NCBI RefSeq assembly: GCF_009914755.1
Contig: NC_060937.1
Length of the DNA stretch: 64,000 nt
Source: the human T2T-CHM13v2.0 reference genome, Homo sapiens
Direction: 5' to 3' (one strand)
Part shown: piece by piece, positions 40,601 through 55,500 of the stretch
Numbering within the stretch: position 1 is the stretch's first letter
Layout of the letters: every line of letters starts with the position of its first letter
Translations under genes and position numbers: made by a program
The notes under the pieces: generated by a model
What the model was told of the DNA's origin: nothing
What the model saw: only the letters and a program-made list of their open reading frames with translations
Databases searched by the model: none

Positions 40601-43600
40601 GAGTTCAATGCACACATCACAAAGAAGTTGCTCAGAATTCTATTGTGTAGTTTTTATGTGAAGATATTTAATTTTGCAAAATAGGCCTCAAAGCACACCA
40701 AGTATCCAATGGCAGATTCTACAATAAGAGTGTTTTAAATCTGTTCAATCAAAAGAAAGGTTCAACTCTGTGAGATGAATACACACATCACAAAGAAGTT
40801 TCTCAGAATGCTTCTGTGTAGTTTTTATGTGAAGATATTTCCTTTTCCAAAATAGGCCTTAAAGCCCCCGAAGTATCCACTTGCAGATTCTACAAAAAGA
40901 CTCTTTCAACACTGCTCAATCAAAAGAAAGCTTCAACTCTGTGAGATGAAGGCACACATCACAAATAAGTTTCTCAGAATGCTTCTGGGTAGTTTTTATG
41001 TGAAGAAATTTGCTTTTCCAAAATAGGCCCCAAAGCCATCCAAATATCCACTTTCAGATTCTCCTAAAGGGATTTTCCAAACTGCTCAATCAAAAGAAAG
41101 GTTCAACACTGTGAGATGAAAGCACACATAACAAAGAAGTTTCTCTGAATTCTTCTGTGTAGTTTTTATGTGAAGATATTTCCTTTTCCACCATAGGCCA
41201 CAAAGGGCTCCAAATATCCACTTGCAGATTTGACAAAAAGAGAGATTCAAAACTGCTCAATCAAAAGATAGTTTCAACTCTGTGAGTTGAATGCACACAT
41301 CACAAAGAAGTTTCTCTGAATGCTTTTGCTTAATTTCTATGTGAAGATATTCCCTTTTCTACCACAGGCATCAAAACGCTCCAAATATCCACTTGAAGAT
41401 TCTACAAAAAGAGTGTTTCCAATCTGCTCATTCAAAAGAAAGGTTAAAATCTGTGAGATGAATTCACACATCACAAAGAAGTTTCTCAGAATGCATCTGC
41501 GTAGTTTTTATGTGGAGATATTTCCTTTTCTACCTTAGGCCTCAAAGTGCTCCAAATATCCACTTGCATATGCTACAAAAAGAGTGTTTCAAAACTGCTC
41601 AATCAAAACATATGTTCAGCTCTGTGAGATGAAAGCACACATCACAAAGACGTTTTTGAGAACGCTTCTGTGTAGTTTTGATGGGAAGATAGTTCCTTTT
41701 TCACAATAGGCCTCAAAGCGCTCCAAATATCCAGTTTCAGATTCTTCAAAAAGAGTGTTTCAAAACTGCTCAATGAAAAGAAAGATTCAACTCTGTGAGA
41801 TGAATGCACACATCACAATGTAGTTTCTCAGAATGCTTCTGTGTAGTTTTTATGTGAAGATATTTCCTTTTCCACAATAGACCTCAAATCTCTCCAAATA
41901 TCTACTTCCTGATTCTACAAAAAGTGTTTTTCCAAACTTCTCAATCAAAAGCAACGTTCAACTCTTTGAGATTAATGCACACATCCAAAGAAGTTTCTCA
42001 GAATGCTTCTGTGTAGTTTTTATGTGAACATATTTCCTTTTCCACCATTGGCCACAATCGGCTCCTTATACCCACTTCCAGATTCTACAAAAAGAGAGTG
42101 TCAAAACTGCTCAATCAAAAGATCAGTTCAACTCTGTGAGTTGAATGCAGACATCACAAAGGAGTTTCTCAGAATGTCTCTGTGTAGTTTTTAGGTGAAG
42201 ATCTTTCATTTTCTACAATAGGCCTAAATGTGCTCCAAGTATCCACTTGCAGATTCTACAAAAGGAGTTTTTCAAAACTGCTCAAACAAAAGAAAGGTTC
42301 AACTTTGTGAGATGAATGCATACATCCCAGAGAAGTTTCTCAGAATGCTTCTGTGTAGTTTTTATGTGAATGTATCTCCTGTTTCACCATATGCCGCAAA
42401 GGGCTCCAAATAGCAACTTGCAGTTTCTACAAAAAGAGTGTTTCAAAACTTCTCAATCAAAACAAATTTCAACTCTTTGAGATTAATGCATGACTCACAA
42501 AGAAGTTTCTCAGAATGTTTCTGTGTAGTTTCTATCTAAAGATATTTCCTTTTCTAATATAGGCTGCAAAGGGCTCCAAATATCCAGTTGCGTATTCTAC
42601 AAAAACAGTGTTTCAAAACTGCACAATCAAAAGAAAAGTTCATCTCTGTGAGATGAAAGCACACATCACAAAGTTTCTCAGAATGCTTCCGTGTAGTTTT
42701 TATGTGAAGATATTCTCTTTTCCACAACAGGCTTGAAATCCCTCCAAGTATCCACTTGCAGATTCTACAAAGAGAGTGTTTCAAAACTGCTCAATCATAA
42801 GAAAGGTTCAAATCTATGAGATGAATGCACACATCACAAAGAAGATTCTCAGAATGCTTCTGTGTAGTATTTGTATCAGGATATTTCCTTTTCCTCCATA
42901 GGATACAAAGGGTTTCAAATATCCACTTGCAGATTCTACAAAAAGAGAAATTCAAAACTGCTCAATCAAAAGATAGGTACAACTCTGTGAGTTGAATGCA
43001 CACATCACAAAGAAGTTTCTTTGAATGCTTCTTTGTAGTTTTTATGGGAAGATAAATCCTTTTCCACCATAGGCCTAAAATATCTCCAAATATCCACTTG
43101 CAGATTCTACAAAGCCAATGTTTCAAATCTGATCAATCATAAGATAGGTTAAACTCTGTGAGATGAAAGCGCACATCACAAAAAAGTTTCTCAGAATGCT
43201 TCTGTATAGTTTTTATTTGAAGATATTCCCTTTTTCTCCATTGGCCACTAAGATCTCCCAATATCCACCTGCAGATTCTACAAAAAGAGAGATTCAAAAC
43301 TACTCAAGCAAAAGATAAGTTCAATTCTGTGAGTTTAATGCATACATAAAAAAGAAGTTTCTCAGAATGCTTCTGTGTAGTTTTTATTTGAAGATATTTC
43401 CTTTTCCACCATAGGCTGCAAAGGGCTCAAAATATCCACTTGCTGATTTTACAAAAAGAGAGATTCAAAACTGCTCAATCAAAAGGTATGTTGAAATCTA
43501 TGCGTTGAATGCACTCATCACAAGGAAGTTCTCAGAATGCTTTTGTCTAGTGTTTATGTGAAGATATTTCCTTTTCCACAAAAAGCCTCAAAACGCTCCA

Positions 43601-46600
43601 AATATCCACTTGCAGATTCTACAAACAGGTTATTTCAAAACTGCTGAATCATAAGATAGGTTCAATTCTGTGAGATGAATACACACATCACAAAGATGTT
43701 TCTCTGAATGCTTCTGTGTAGTTTTTATGTGAAGATATTTCCTTTTCCACAATAGTCCTGAAAGCGCTCCAATTATCTACCTGTAGATTCTACAAAAAGA
43801 GTGTTTCAAAACTGCTCAATTATAAGATAGGTTCAACTCTGTGAGATGAATGCACACATCACAAAGATGTTTCTCAGAATAATTCTGTGTCGTTCTTTTC
43901 TGAAGATATTTGCTTTTCCACAGAAGGCCTCAAAGCACTCCAAATATCTAATTTCAGATTCTACAAAAACAGTGTTTCAAAACTGCTGAATCATAAGATA
44001 GGATCAACTCTGTGAGATGAATGTACACATCACAAAGAAGTTTCTCAGAATGCTTCCTTGTAGTTTTTATTTGAAGATATTTCCTTTTTCTCCATGGGCT
44101 GCAGAGGGCTCCAAATATCCACTTGCAGCTTCTACAAAAAGAGATATTCAAATCTGCTCAATCAAAAGATAAGTTCACCTCTGTGAGTTTAATGCACACA
44201 TCACAAAGTCGTTTCTCAGAATGCTTCTTTGTAGTGTTTATGTGAAGATATTTCCTTTTCCACAATATACCTCAAAGTGCTCCAAATATCCACTTCTAAA
44301 TTCTCCAAAAGAGTGTGGAAAAACTGCTCATACGAAGGAAAGTTTCAACTCTGTGAGATGAATGCACACACCACAAAGAAATTTGTCATTTTTCTGTGTG
44401 GTTTTTATGTGAAAATATTTCCTTTTCCACATTAGGCCTCAAAGCGCTCCAAATATCCACTTGCAGCATCTACAAAGCCAGTGTTTCAAATTTGCTCAAT
44501 CATAAGATAGGTTCAACTCTGTGAGATGAATGCACACATCATGAAGAAGTTTCTCAGAATACTTCTGTGTAGTTTTTATGTGAAGATGTTTCCTTTTCCA
44601 AAATAGGCCTCAAAGCCCACCAAATATCCACTTGCAGATTCTACAAAAAGAGAGATTCAAAACTGCTCAATCAAAAGATAGGTTAAACTCTGTGACTTGA
44701 ATTCACACATCACAAACAAGTTTCTCAGAATGCTTATTTGTAGTTTTTATGTGAAGATATTACCTTTTCCACAATAGGCCTCAAAGCACTCCAAATATCC
44801 ACTTGCAGATTCTACAAACAGAGTGTTTCAAAACTTCTCAATCAAAAGATAGGTTCAACTCTCTGAGTTGAATGCATACATCATAAAGAAGTATCTCAGA
44901 ATGCTTTTGTGAAGTTTTTACGTGAAGATATTTCCTTTTCCACAACAGTCCTGAAAGCCCTCCAAGTATCCACTTGCAGATTCTACAAAGAGAGTGTTTC
45001 AAATGTACTCAATCATAAGATATGTTCAAATCTATGAGATGAATGCACACATCACAAAGAAGTTTCTCAGAATGCTTCTGTGTAGTATTTATTTGAAGAT
45101 ATTTCCTTATCCTCCATTGGCTGCAAAGGGTTTCAAATATCCACTTGCAGATTCTGCAAACAGAGAAATTCAAAACTGCTCAATCAAAAGATAGGTTCAA
45201 CTCTATGAGTTGAATGCACACATTGCAAAGAAGTTTCTCAGAATGCTTCTGTGTAGTTTTTATGGGAAGATATTTCCTTCTCCACAATAGGTCTAAAAGC
45301 ACTCCAAATATCCACTTGCAGATTCTACAAAAAGAGTGTTTCAAAAGTTCTCAATCAAAAGAAACTTTCAACTCTGTGGGATGAATGCACACATCACAGA
45401 GTTGTTTCTCAGAATGCTTCTGTGTGGTTTTTACGTGAAGATATTTGCTTTTCCACAGTAGGCCCCAAAGCGCTCCAAATATCCACTTGCACATTCTGTA
45501 AAAACTGTGTTTCAAAACTGCTCAATCAAAAGAAACGTACAACTCTGTTAGATGAATACACACAACAAAAAGTAGTTTCTCAGAATAAATCTGTGTAGGT
45601 TTATGTGAAGATATTTCCTTTTACACAATAGGCCAAAAAGCACTCCAAATATACACCTGAAGATTTTGCAAAGAGACTGTTTCAAAGCTGCTCAGTCATA
45701 AGATAGGTTCATCTCTGTGAGATGAATGCACACATCACAAAGAAGTTTCTCAGAATGCTTCTGTGTAGTTTTTATTTGAAGATATTTCCTTTGCCTCCAT
45801 GGACTGCAAAGGGCTCCAAATATCCACTTGCAAATCCGAGAAAAAGAGAGATCCAAAAATGCTCAATTGAAAGATAGGTTCAAGACTGTGAGTTGAATGC
45901 ACACATCACAAAGAAGTTTCTCAGAATGCTTCTGTGTAGTTTTTATGTGAAGATGTTTCCTTTTCCAAAATAGGCCTCAAAGCCCACCAAATATCCACTT
46001 GCAGATTCTACAAAAAGAGAGATTCAAAACTGCTCAATCAAAAGATAGGTTAAACTCTGTGACTTGAATTCACACATCACAAAGAAGTTTCTCAGAATGC
46101 TTATTTGTAGTTTTTATGTGAAGATATTACCTTTTCCACAATAGGCCTCAAAGCACTCCAAATATCCACTTGCAGATTCTACAAACAGAGTGTTTCAAAA
46201 CTTCTCAATCAAAAGATAGGTTCAACTCTCTGAGTTGAGTGCATACATCATAAAGAAGTATCTCAGAATGCTTTTGTGAAGTTTTTACGTGAAGATATTC
46301 CCTTTTCCACAACAGTCCTGAAAGCCCTCCAAGTATCCACTTGCAGATTCTACAAAGAGAGTGTTTCAAATGTACTCAATCATAAGATATGTTCAAATCT
46401 ATGAGATGAATGCACACATCACAAAGAAGTTTCTCAGAATGCTTCTGTGTAGTATTTATTTGAAGATATTTCCTTATCCTCCATTGGCCGCAAAGGGCTT
46501 CAAATATCCACTTGCAGATTCTACAAAGAGAGAAATTCAAAACTGCTCAATCAAAAGATAGGTTCAACTCTATGAGTTGAATGCACACATCACAAATAAG

Positions 46601-49600
46601 TTTCTTTGAATGCTTCTGTGTAGTTTTTATGGGAAGATATTTCCTTTTCCACAGTAGGTCTAAAAGCGCTCCAAATATCCACTTGCAGATTCTACAAAAA
46701 GAGTGTTTCAAAAGTTCTCAATCAAAAGAAACTTTCATCTCTGTGGGATGAATGCACACATCACAAAGAAGTTTCTTAGAATGCTTCTGTGTAGTTTTTA
46801 TTTGAAGATATTTCCTTTGCCTCCATGGACCGCAAAGGGCTCCAAACATCCACTTGCAGGTTCCTGAAAAAGAGAGATCCGAAACTGCTCAATCAACAGA
46901 TAGGTTCAAGGCTGTGAGTTGAATGGACACATCACAAAGAAGTTTCTCAGAAGGCTTCAGTGCAGTTTTTATGTGAAGGTATTTCCCTTTCCACCATAAG
47001 CCACAAAGGTCTCCAAATATCCACTTGCAGATTCTACAAAAAGAGTGCTTCAAAACTGCTCAATCAAAAGAAAGTTTTATCTCTGGGAGATGAATGCATA
47101 CATCATAGGGAAATTTCTCAGAATGCTTCTGTGTAGTTTTTATGTGAAGATATTTCCTTTTCCAAAAAGCCTCAAAGCCCACCAAATATCTACTTGCTGA
47201 TTCTACAAAAAGAGTGTTTGAAGTCTGCTGAATTAAAAGACAGGTTCAACTCTGTGAGATGAATGCACAAATCACGTAGAAGTTTGTGAGAATGCTTCTG
47301 TGTAGTTTCTATTTGAAGATATTTCCTTTTCCTCCATAGACCACAAATTGCTCCAAATATCCACTTCCAGATTCTAGAAAAAGAGAGATCCAAAATTGCT
47401 CAATCAAAAGAAAGGTTCAAGACTGTGAGTTGAAGACACAAACCACAAAGAAGTTTCTCAGAATGCTTCTGTGTAGTTTTTATGTGAAGATATTTCATTT
47501 TCCCAATAGGCCTCCAAGCCCACCAAATATCCACCTGCTGATTCTACAAAAAGAGTGTGTCAAATCTGCTCAATCAAAAGACAGGTTCAACTCTGGGAGA
47601 TGAATGCACACATCACAGGGAAGTTTCCCAGAATGCTTCTGTGTAGTTTATATGTGAAGATATTTCCTTTCCCAAACTAGACCTCAAAGCGCTCCAAATA
47701 TCCACTTGCAGATTCTACCAAAAGAGTGTTTCAAAACTGCTCAAAGAAAAGAATGGTTCAACTCTGTGAGATGAATGCACACATCACAAAGAAGTTTCTC
47801 AGAATGCTTCTGTGTAGTTTTTATGTGAAGATACTTCCTTTTCCAAAATAAGCCTAAAAATCCCTCCAAATATCCACTTGCAGATTCTACAAAAAGAGTG
47901 TTTCAAAACTGCTCAATCAAAAGAAAAGTTCAAATCTATGTGATGAATGCACTCATCACAAATTAGTTTCTCAGAATGATTAGTTTCTCAGAATGTTTCA
48001 CAGTAGTTTTTATGTGAAATTATTTCGTTTTCCACAATAGGCCTCAAAGCGCTCCAAACATCCTCTTGCAGATTCTACAAAACAGTGTTTCAAAACTCCT
48101 CAATCAAAAGAAAGTTTCAACACTGTGAGATGAATGCACACATCACAAAGTAGTTTCTCAGAATGCCTCTGTGTGGTTTTTATGTGAAGATATTTGTTTT
48201 TCCACAGTAGGCCTCAAAGGGCTCCAAATATCCACTTGCAGATTCTACAAAAACTGTGTTTCAAAACTGCTCAATCAAAAGAAACTGTCAACTCTGTCAA
48301 ATGAATGCACACATCACAAAGAAGTTTCTCAGAATCCTTCTGTGTAGTTTTTATGTGAAGATATTTCATTTTCCACAATAGGACACAGAGTGCCCCAGGT
48401 ATCCACTTTCAGATTCTACAAAGAGAGTGTTTCAAAACTGCTCAATCATAAGATAGTTTCAACTCTGTGGGATGAATGCACACATCACAAAGAAGTTTCT
48501 CAGAATGCTTCTGTGTAGTATTTATTTGAAGATATTTCCTCTTTCTCCATAGACTACAAAGGTATCCAAATATCCTCTTGCAGATTCTACAAAAAGAGAG
48601 ATTCAAAACTGATCTATCAAAAGATAGGTTCAACTCTGTGTGTTGAATGCTCACATGGCAAAGAAGTTTCTCAGAATACTTCTGTGTAGTTTTTATGTGA
48701 AGATATTTCCTTTTCCACTATAGTCCTCAAAGTGCTCAAAGTATCCACTTGCAGATTCTACAGAAAGAGTGTTTCAAAATTGCTCAATCAAAAGAAATGT
48801 ACAACTCTGTGAGATGAATGCACACATCACAAAGTACTTACTCAGAATGCCTCTGCATAGTTTTTATGTGAAAATATTTACTTTTCCACAGTAGGCATCA
48901 AGGCGCTCAAAATATCCTCCTGCAGATTTTACAAAAACCGTGTTTCAAAACTGCTCTACCAAAAGAAAGGTTCACATCTGTGAGATGAATGCACACATCA
49001 CAAAGAAGATTCTCATAATGCTTCTGTGCAATTTTTATGTGAAGATGTTACTTTTCCACAGTAGGCCTCAAAGTGCTTCAAATTTCAACTTGAAGATTAT
49101 ACAAAGAGAGTGTTTCAAAACTGCTCAATCATAAGATAGCTTCAACTCTGTGTGGTGAATGCACACATCAAATGAAGTTACTCAGAATGCTTCTTTATAG
49201 TTTTTATGTTATCATATTTACTTGTCCACAATAGGCCTCAAAGTGCTCCAAATATCCTCTTCCAGATTTTTCAAAAACAGTGTTACAAAAATGCTCTACC
49301 AAAAGAAAGGTTCAACACTGTGAGATGAATGCACACAACCAAAAGAAGATTCTCAGAATGCTTCCGTGTAGTTTTTATTTCATGATACTTCCTTTTCCTC
49401 CATAGGCTGAAAAGGGCTTCAAATATCTACTTGCAGATTCGACATAAAGAGAGATTCAAAACTACTGAATCAAAAGATAGATTCAACTCTGTGTTATGAA
49501 TGCACTCATCACAAAGATGTTTCTCAGAATGCTTCTGCATAGTTTTTATGTGAAGATATTTACTTTTACACCATAAGCTTCAAAACTCTCTAAATATCCA

Positions 49601-52272
49601 CTGCAGATTCTACAGAAAGAATGATCCCAAACAGCTCAAACAAAAGAAATGTTCAACTCTGTCAAATGAATGCACACATCACAAAGAACTTCCTCAGAAT
49701 GCTTCTGTGTAATTTCTACGTGAAGATATTTCATTTTCCACAATAGGCCTCAAAGAGCTCCAAATATCCACTTGCAGATTCTAGAAAAAGAATGTGAAAA
49801 CTGCTCAATCAACAGAAAGGTTCAACTCTGTGAGATGAATGCATACGTCACAAAGAAGTTTCTCAGAATGTTTCCATGTGTTTTTTTTTTTTTTGAAGAT
49901 ATTTCCTTTTCCACAATAGGCACCAAAGCGCTCCAGATACCCACTTTCAGATTCTTCCAACAGAGGGTTTCAAAATTGCTCAAAAGATAGGTTCAAGTGT
50001 ATGAGTTGAATGCACACAACAGCAAAAATTTTCTCAGAATGCTTCTGTGTAGTTTTTATGTGAAGATACTTCCTTTTCCACCATAGGCCGCAAAGGGCTC
50101 CAAATATCCACTTGCAGATTCTACAGAAGGAGAGATTCAAAACTACTCATTCAAAGGTAGCTTCAACTCTGTGAGTTGAGTGCACACATCACAAAGAAGT
50201 TTCTCAGAATGCTTCTGTGTAGTTTTTATGTGAAGATATTTCCTTTTGCAATATATGCCGCAAAGGCCTCCAAATACCCATTCCAGACTCTTCAAAAAGA
50301 GAGTTTCAAAACTGCTCCATCAAAAGATAGGTTCAACTCCATGAGATGAATGCACACATCACAAAAAGTTTCTCAGAATGCTTCTGTGTAGTTTTTATGT
50401 GATGATATTTTTTTTTCCACCATGGGCCGCAAAGGGCTGCAAATATCCACTTCCAGATTCCACAGAAAGAGAGACTCAATACTGCTCAATCAAAAGATAG
50501 ATTCAACCCTGTGAGTTGAATGACCAGATCACAGAGAAATTTCTCAGAATGCTTCTGTGTAGTTTTTATGTGAAGATGATATTTCCTTTTCCACTAGAGG
50601 CCTCTAAGTGCTACAAATATCAACTTGCACATTCTGCAAAACGAGTGTTTCCTAACTGTTCAACCAAAAGAAACGTTCAACACTCTGAGGTGAATGCACA
50701 CATCACAAAGAAGTTTCTCAAAATTCTTCTGTGTAGTTTTTATGTGAAGATATTTCCTTTTCCATATTAGGCTGCATAGGGCTCCCAATATCCACTTGCA
50801 GATTATTGAAAAAGAGAGTTTCAAAACCGCTTAATCAAAAAATACGTTCAACTCTGTGAATAGAATGAATACATCACAAAGAAGTTTCTCAGAATGCTTG
50901 TGTGTACTTTTTATGAGAAGATACTTCCTTTTCCACCATAGGCCACAAGGGTTTCCTAATATCCACTTGCAGATTCTACAAAAAGAGAGTTTCAAAACTG
51001 GTCAACCAAAAGATAGGTTCAACCCTGTGAGTTGAATGCATGCACAACAAAGAAGTTTCTCACAATAGTTTTTTGTAGTTTTTATGTGAAGATATTTCCT
51101 TTTCCACTGTAAGCCTCAAAGTGCTTCAAATATTAAATTGCAGATTCTACAGAAAGAGTGTTTCCAAACTGCTAAAACTAAAGAAAAGTTCAACTCTGTC
51201 AGATGAATGCACACATCATGATGAAGTTTCTCAGAATGTTTCTGTGTAGTTTTTATGTGAAGATATTTCCTTTTCCACAATAGGCCTTAAAGCACTCCAA
51301 ATATCCATTGAAGATTCTACAAAAAGTGTTTCCAAACTGCTCAATCAAAACAAAGGTTCAACTCTGTGAGATGAATGTACACGTCACAAAGAAGTTTCTC
51401 AGAATGTTTCTGTGTAGTTTTAAAGTGAAGATATTTCCTTTTACACCATAGGCCACAAATGGCTCCAATATCCACTTGCAGGCTCTAGAAAAAGAGAGTT
51501 TCAAAACTTCTTGATCAAACGATAGGTTCAACTCTGGAAGGTGAATGTACACGTCACAAAAAGTTTCCCAGAATGCCTCTGTATTTTTCATGTGACGACA
51601 TTTCCTTTACCACCATAGGACTCAAAACCCTCCAAATATCCACCTACAGATTCTACAAAAAGAGTGTTTCCAAACTGCACAATCAAAAGAAAAGTTCAAC
51701 TCTGTGTGATGAATGCACACATCACAAAGCAGTTTCTCAGGATGCTTCTGTATAGTTTTTATTTGAGGATATTTTCTTTTATACCATAGGCCACAAAGGG
51801 CTCCAAATATCCACTTGCAGATTCTACAAAAAGAGAGTTTCAAGACTGCTGTATCAAAATATAGGTTCAACTCTGTGTGTTGAATACACAAATAACAAAG
51901 AAGTTTCTCAGAATGCTTCTGTGAAGTTTTTATGTGAAGATATTTCCTTTTCTACAATAGGTCACATAGCGCTCCAAATATCCACTTGCAGATTCTACAG
52001 AAACAGTGTTTCAACCTGCACAATCAAAAGAAATATTCAACTCTGTGAGATGAATGCACACATCACCAAGAAATTTCTCAGAACGCTTCTGTTTAGTTTT
52101 TATGTGAAGATGTTTCCTTTTGCACCATAAGCCACAAAGGGCTCCATATATCCACTTCCAGATTCTACAAAAAGATATTTTCAAAACTGTTCAACCAAAA
52201 GATATGTTCAACTCTGACAGTTGAATGCACACACTGCAAAGAAGTTTCTCAGAGTACTGCTGTGTATTTTTT
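37621..52272 (-). repeat. Monomeric alpha satellite, layer 2 (CTGTGTAGTTTT, frequent AAAGATAGGTT; probably an older family)
   Basis: Diagnostic positions switch consistently near 37.6 kb; same orientation and phase as layer 1. Confidence 0.85.
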
Positions 52273-52300
52273 TTAGAATTTATTTTATTTTATTATTATT
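52267..52300 (-). terminator. L1 polyadenylation signal and degenerate poly(A) tail
   Basis: TTTTTTTTAGAATTTATTTTATTTTATTATTATT; AATAAA on the minus strand at 52289-52294. Confidence 0.8.
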
Positions 52301-52501
52301 ACACTTTAAGTTTTAGGGTACATGTTCACATTGTGCAGCTTAGTTACATATGTGTACACGTGACATGTTGGTAGGCTGCACCCATTAACTTGTCATTTAG
52401 CATTAGGTATATCTCCGAATGCTATCTCTCCCCCCTCCCCCACCCCACATCTCTCCCCAGAGTGTGATGTTCCCCTTCCTGTGTCCATGTGTTCTCATTG
52501 C

Positions 52502-55500
52502 TCAATTCCCACCTATGAGTGAGAACATGCAGTGTTGGGTTTTTTGTCCTTGCGATAGTTTACTGAGAATGGTGATTGCCAATTTCATCCATGTCCCTAC
52601 AAAGGACACGAACTCATCATTTTATGGCTCCATAGTATTCCATGGTGTATATGTGCCACATTTTCTTAATCCACTCTGTTATTGTTGGACATTTGGGTTG
52701 GTTCCAAGTCTTTCTTATTGTGAATAGTGCTGCAATAAACTTATGTGTGCATGTGTCTTTATAGCAGCATGATTTATAGTCCTTGGGTATATACCCAGTA
52801 ATGAGATGGCTGGGTCAAATTGTATTTCTAGTTCTACATCCCTGAGGAATGACCACACTGACTTCCACAATGGTTGAACTAGTTTACAGCCCCACAAAAA
52901 GTGTAAAAGTTTTCCTATTTCTCCACATCCTCTCCAACACCTGTTGTTTCCTGAATTTTAATGATTGCCATTCTAACTGGTGTGAGATGGTATCTCATTG
53001 TGGTTTTGATTTGCATTTCTCTGATGGCCAGTTAAGGATGAGCATTTTTTCATGAGTTTTTTGGTTGCATAAATGTCTTCTTTTGAGAAGTGTCTGTTCA
53101 TGTCCTTCGCTCACTTTTTGATGGGGTTGTTTGTTTTTTCTTGTAAATTTGTTTGAGTTCATTGCAAATTCTGGATATTAGCCCTTTGTCAGATAAGTAG
53201 GTTGTGAAAACTTTCTCCCATTTTGTACATTGCCTGTTCACTCTGATGGTAGTTTCTTTTGCTGTGCAGAAGCTCTTTAGTTTAATTAGATCCCATTTGT
53301 CAATTTTGGCTTTTGTTGCCATTGCTTTTGGTGTTTTAGACATGAAGTCCTTGCCCATGCCTATGTCCTGAATGGTAATGCCTGTGTTTTCTTCTAGGAT
53401 TTTTATGGTTTTAGGTCTAACGTTTAAGTTTTTAATCCATCTTGAATTAATTTTTGTATAAGGTGTAAGGAAGGGATCCAGTTTCAGCTTTCTACATATG
53501 GCTAGCCATTTTTCCCAGCTCCATTTATTAAACAGGGAATCCTTTTCCATTGCTGGTTTTGTTCAGGTTTATCAAACATCAGATAGTTTTAGATATGCAG
53601 CGTTATTTCTGAGGGCTCTGTTCTGTTCCATTGATCTATTTCTCTGTTTTGGTACCAGTACCATGCTGTCTTGGTTACTGTAGCCTTGTAGTATAGTTCG
53701 AAGTCAGGGAGCGTGATGCCTCCAGCTTTGTGCTTGTGGCTTAGGATTGACTTGGTGATGAGGGATCTTTTTTGATTCCATATGAACTTTAAAGTAGTTT
53801 TTTCCAATTCTGGGAAGAAAGTCATTGGTAACTTGATGGGGATGACATTGAATCTATAAATTACTTTGGGCTGTATGGCCATTTTCACGATATTGATTCT
53901 TCCTACCAATGAGCATGGAATGTTCTTCCATTTCTTTGTATCCTCTTTTATTTCATTGAGGAGTGGTTTGTAGTTCTCCTTGAAGAGGTCATTCACGTCC
54001 CTTGTAAGTTGGATTCCTAGGTATTTTATTCTCTTTGAAGCAATTGTGAATGGGAGTTCACTCATGGTTTGGCTCTCTGTTTGTCTGTTATTGGTGTATA
54101 AGAATGCTTGTGATTTTAGTACATTGATTTTGTATCCTGAGACTTTGCTGAAGTTGCTTATCAGCTTAAGGAGATTTTGGGCTGAGACAATGGGGTTTTC
54201 TAGATATACAATCATGTCTTCTGCAAACAAGCACAATTTGACTTCCTCTTTTCCTAATTGAATACCCTTTATTTCCTTCTCGTGCCTAATGGCCCTGGCC
54301 AGAAATTCCAACATTATGTTGAATAGGAGTGGTGAGAGAGGGCATCCCTGTCTTGTGCCAGTTTCCAAAGGGAATGCTTCCAGTTTTTGCCCATTCAGTA
54401 TGATATTGGCTGTGGGTCTGTCATAGCTAGCTCTTATTATTTTGAGATACGTCCCATCAATACCTAATTTATTCAGAGTTTTAAGCATGAAGTGTTGTTG
54501 AATTTTGTCAAAGGCCTTTTTTGCATCTATTGAGATAATCAGGTGGTTTTTGTCTTCGGTTCTGTTTATATGCTGGATTACATTTATTGATTTGCATATA
54601 TTGAACCAGCCTTGCATCCCAGGGATGAAGCCCACTTGATCATGGTGGATAAGCTTTTTGGTATGCTGCTGGATTCTGTTTGCCAGTATTTTATTGAGGA
54701 TTTTTGCATCAATATTCATCAAGGATATGGGTCTAAAGTTTTGTTTTTTGGTTGGGCCTCTACCCGGCTTTGGTATCTGGATGATGCTGGCCTCATAAAA
54801 TGAGTTAGGAAGGATTCCCTCTTCTTCTGTTGATTGGAATAGTTTCAGAAGGAATGGTACCAGTTCCTCCTTGTGCCTCTGGTAGAATTTGACTGTGAAT
54901 CCATCTGGTCCTGGACTGTTTTTCGTTGTTAAGCTATTGATTATTGCCACAATTTCAGAGCCTCTCATTGGTCTATTCAGAGAGTCAACTTCTTCCTGGT
55001 TTAGTCTTGGGAGGGTGTATGTGTCAAGGAATTTATTCATTTCTTCTTGATTTTGTAGTTTATTTGTGTAGAGGTGTAAGTAGTAGTCTCTAATGGTAGT
55101 TCATATTTCTGTGGGATTGATGTTTATACCTGCTTTATGATTTTTTATTGCATCTATTTGATTGTTCTCTCTTTTCTTCTTTATTAGTCTTGGTAGCAGT
55201 CTATCACTTTTGTTGATCTTTTCAAAAAAACAGCTCCTGGATTCATTAATTTTTCAAGGGTTTTTTGTGTCTCTATTTCTTTCAGTTCTACTCTGATTTT
55301 ACTTATTTCTTGCCTTCTGCTAGCTTTTGAATATGTTTGCTCTTGCTTTTCTAGTTCTTTTAATTGTGATGTTAGGGTGTCAATTTTCGATCTTTCCTGC
55401 TTTCTCTTGTGGGCATTTAGTGCTATAAATTTCCCTCTACACACTGCTTTGAATGTGTCCCAGAGATTCTGGTATGTTGTGTCTTTGTTCTCGTTGGTTT

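Noticed and set aside
49879-49894. Long T run (and the A run at 60429-60440) as a retrotransposon tail
   Set aside because: Both are expansions of native alpha-monomer homopolymer tracts with no adjacent element or TSD.
121-52130. Dozens of 60-150 aa ORFs (MQILEKTV..., MNAHITKKFLRMLL...)
   Set aside because: They are translations of alpha-satellite monomers that recur with the repeat, often start at TTG/GTG, and show no recognisable domains.
53589-55040. 483-aa ORF as a functional or novel reverse transcriptase
   Set aside because: It is an internal fragment of L1 ORF2p with the catalytic FADD changed to FAED, flanked by stops and frameshifts.
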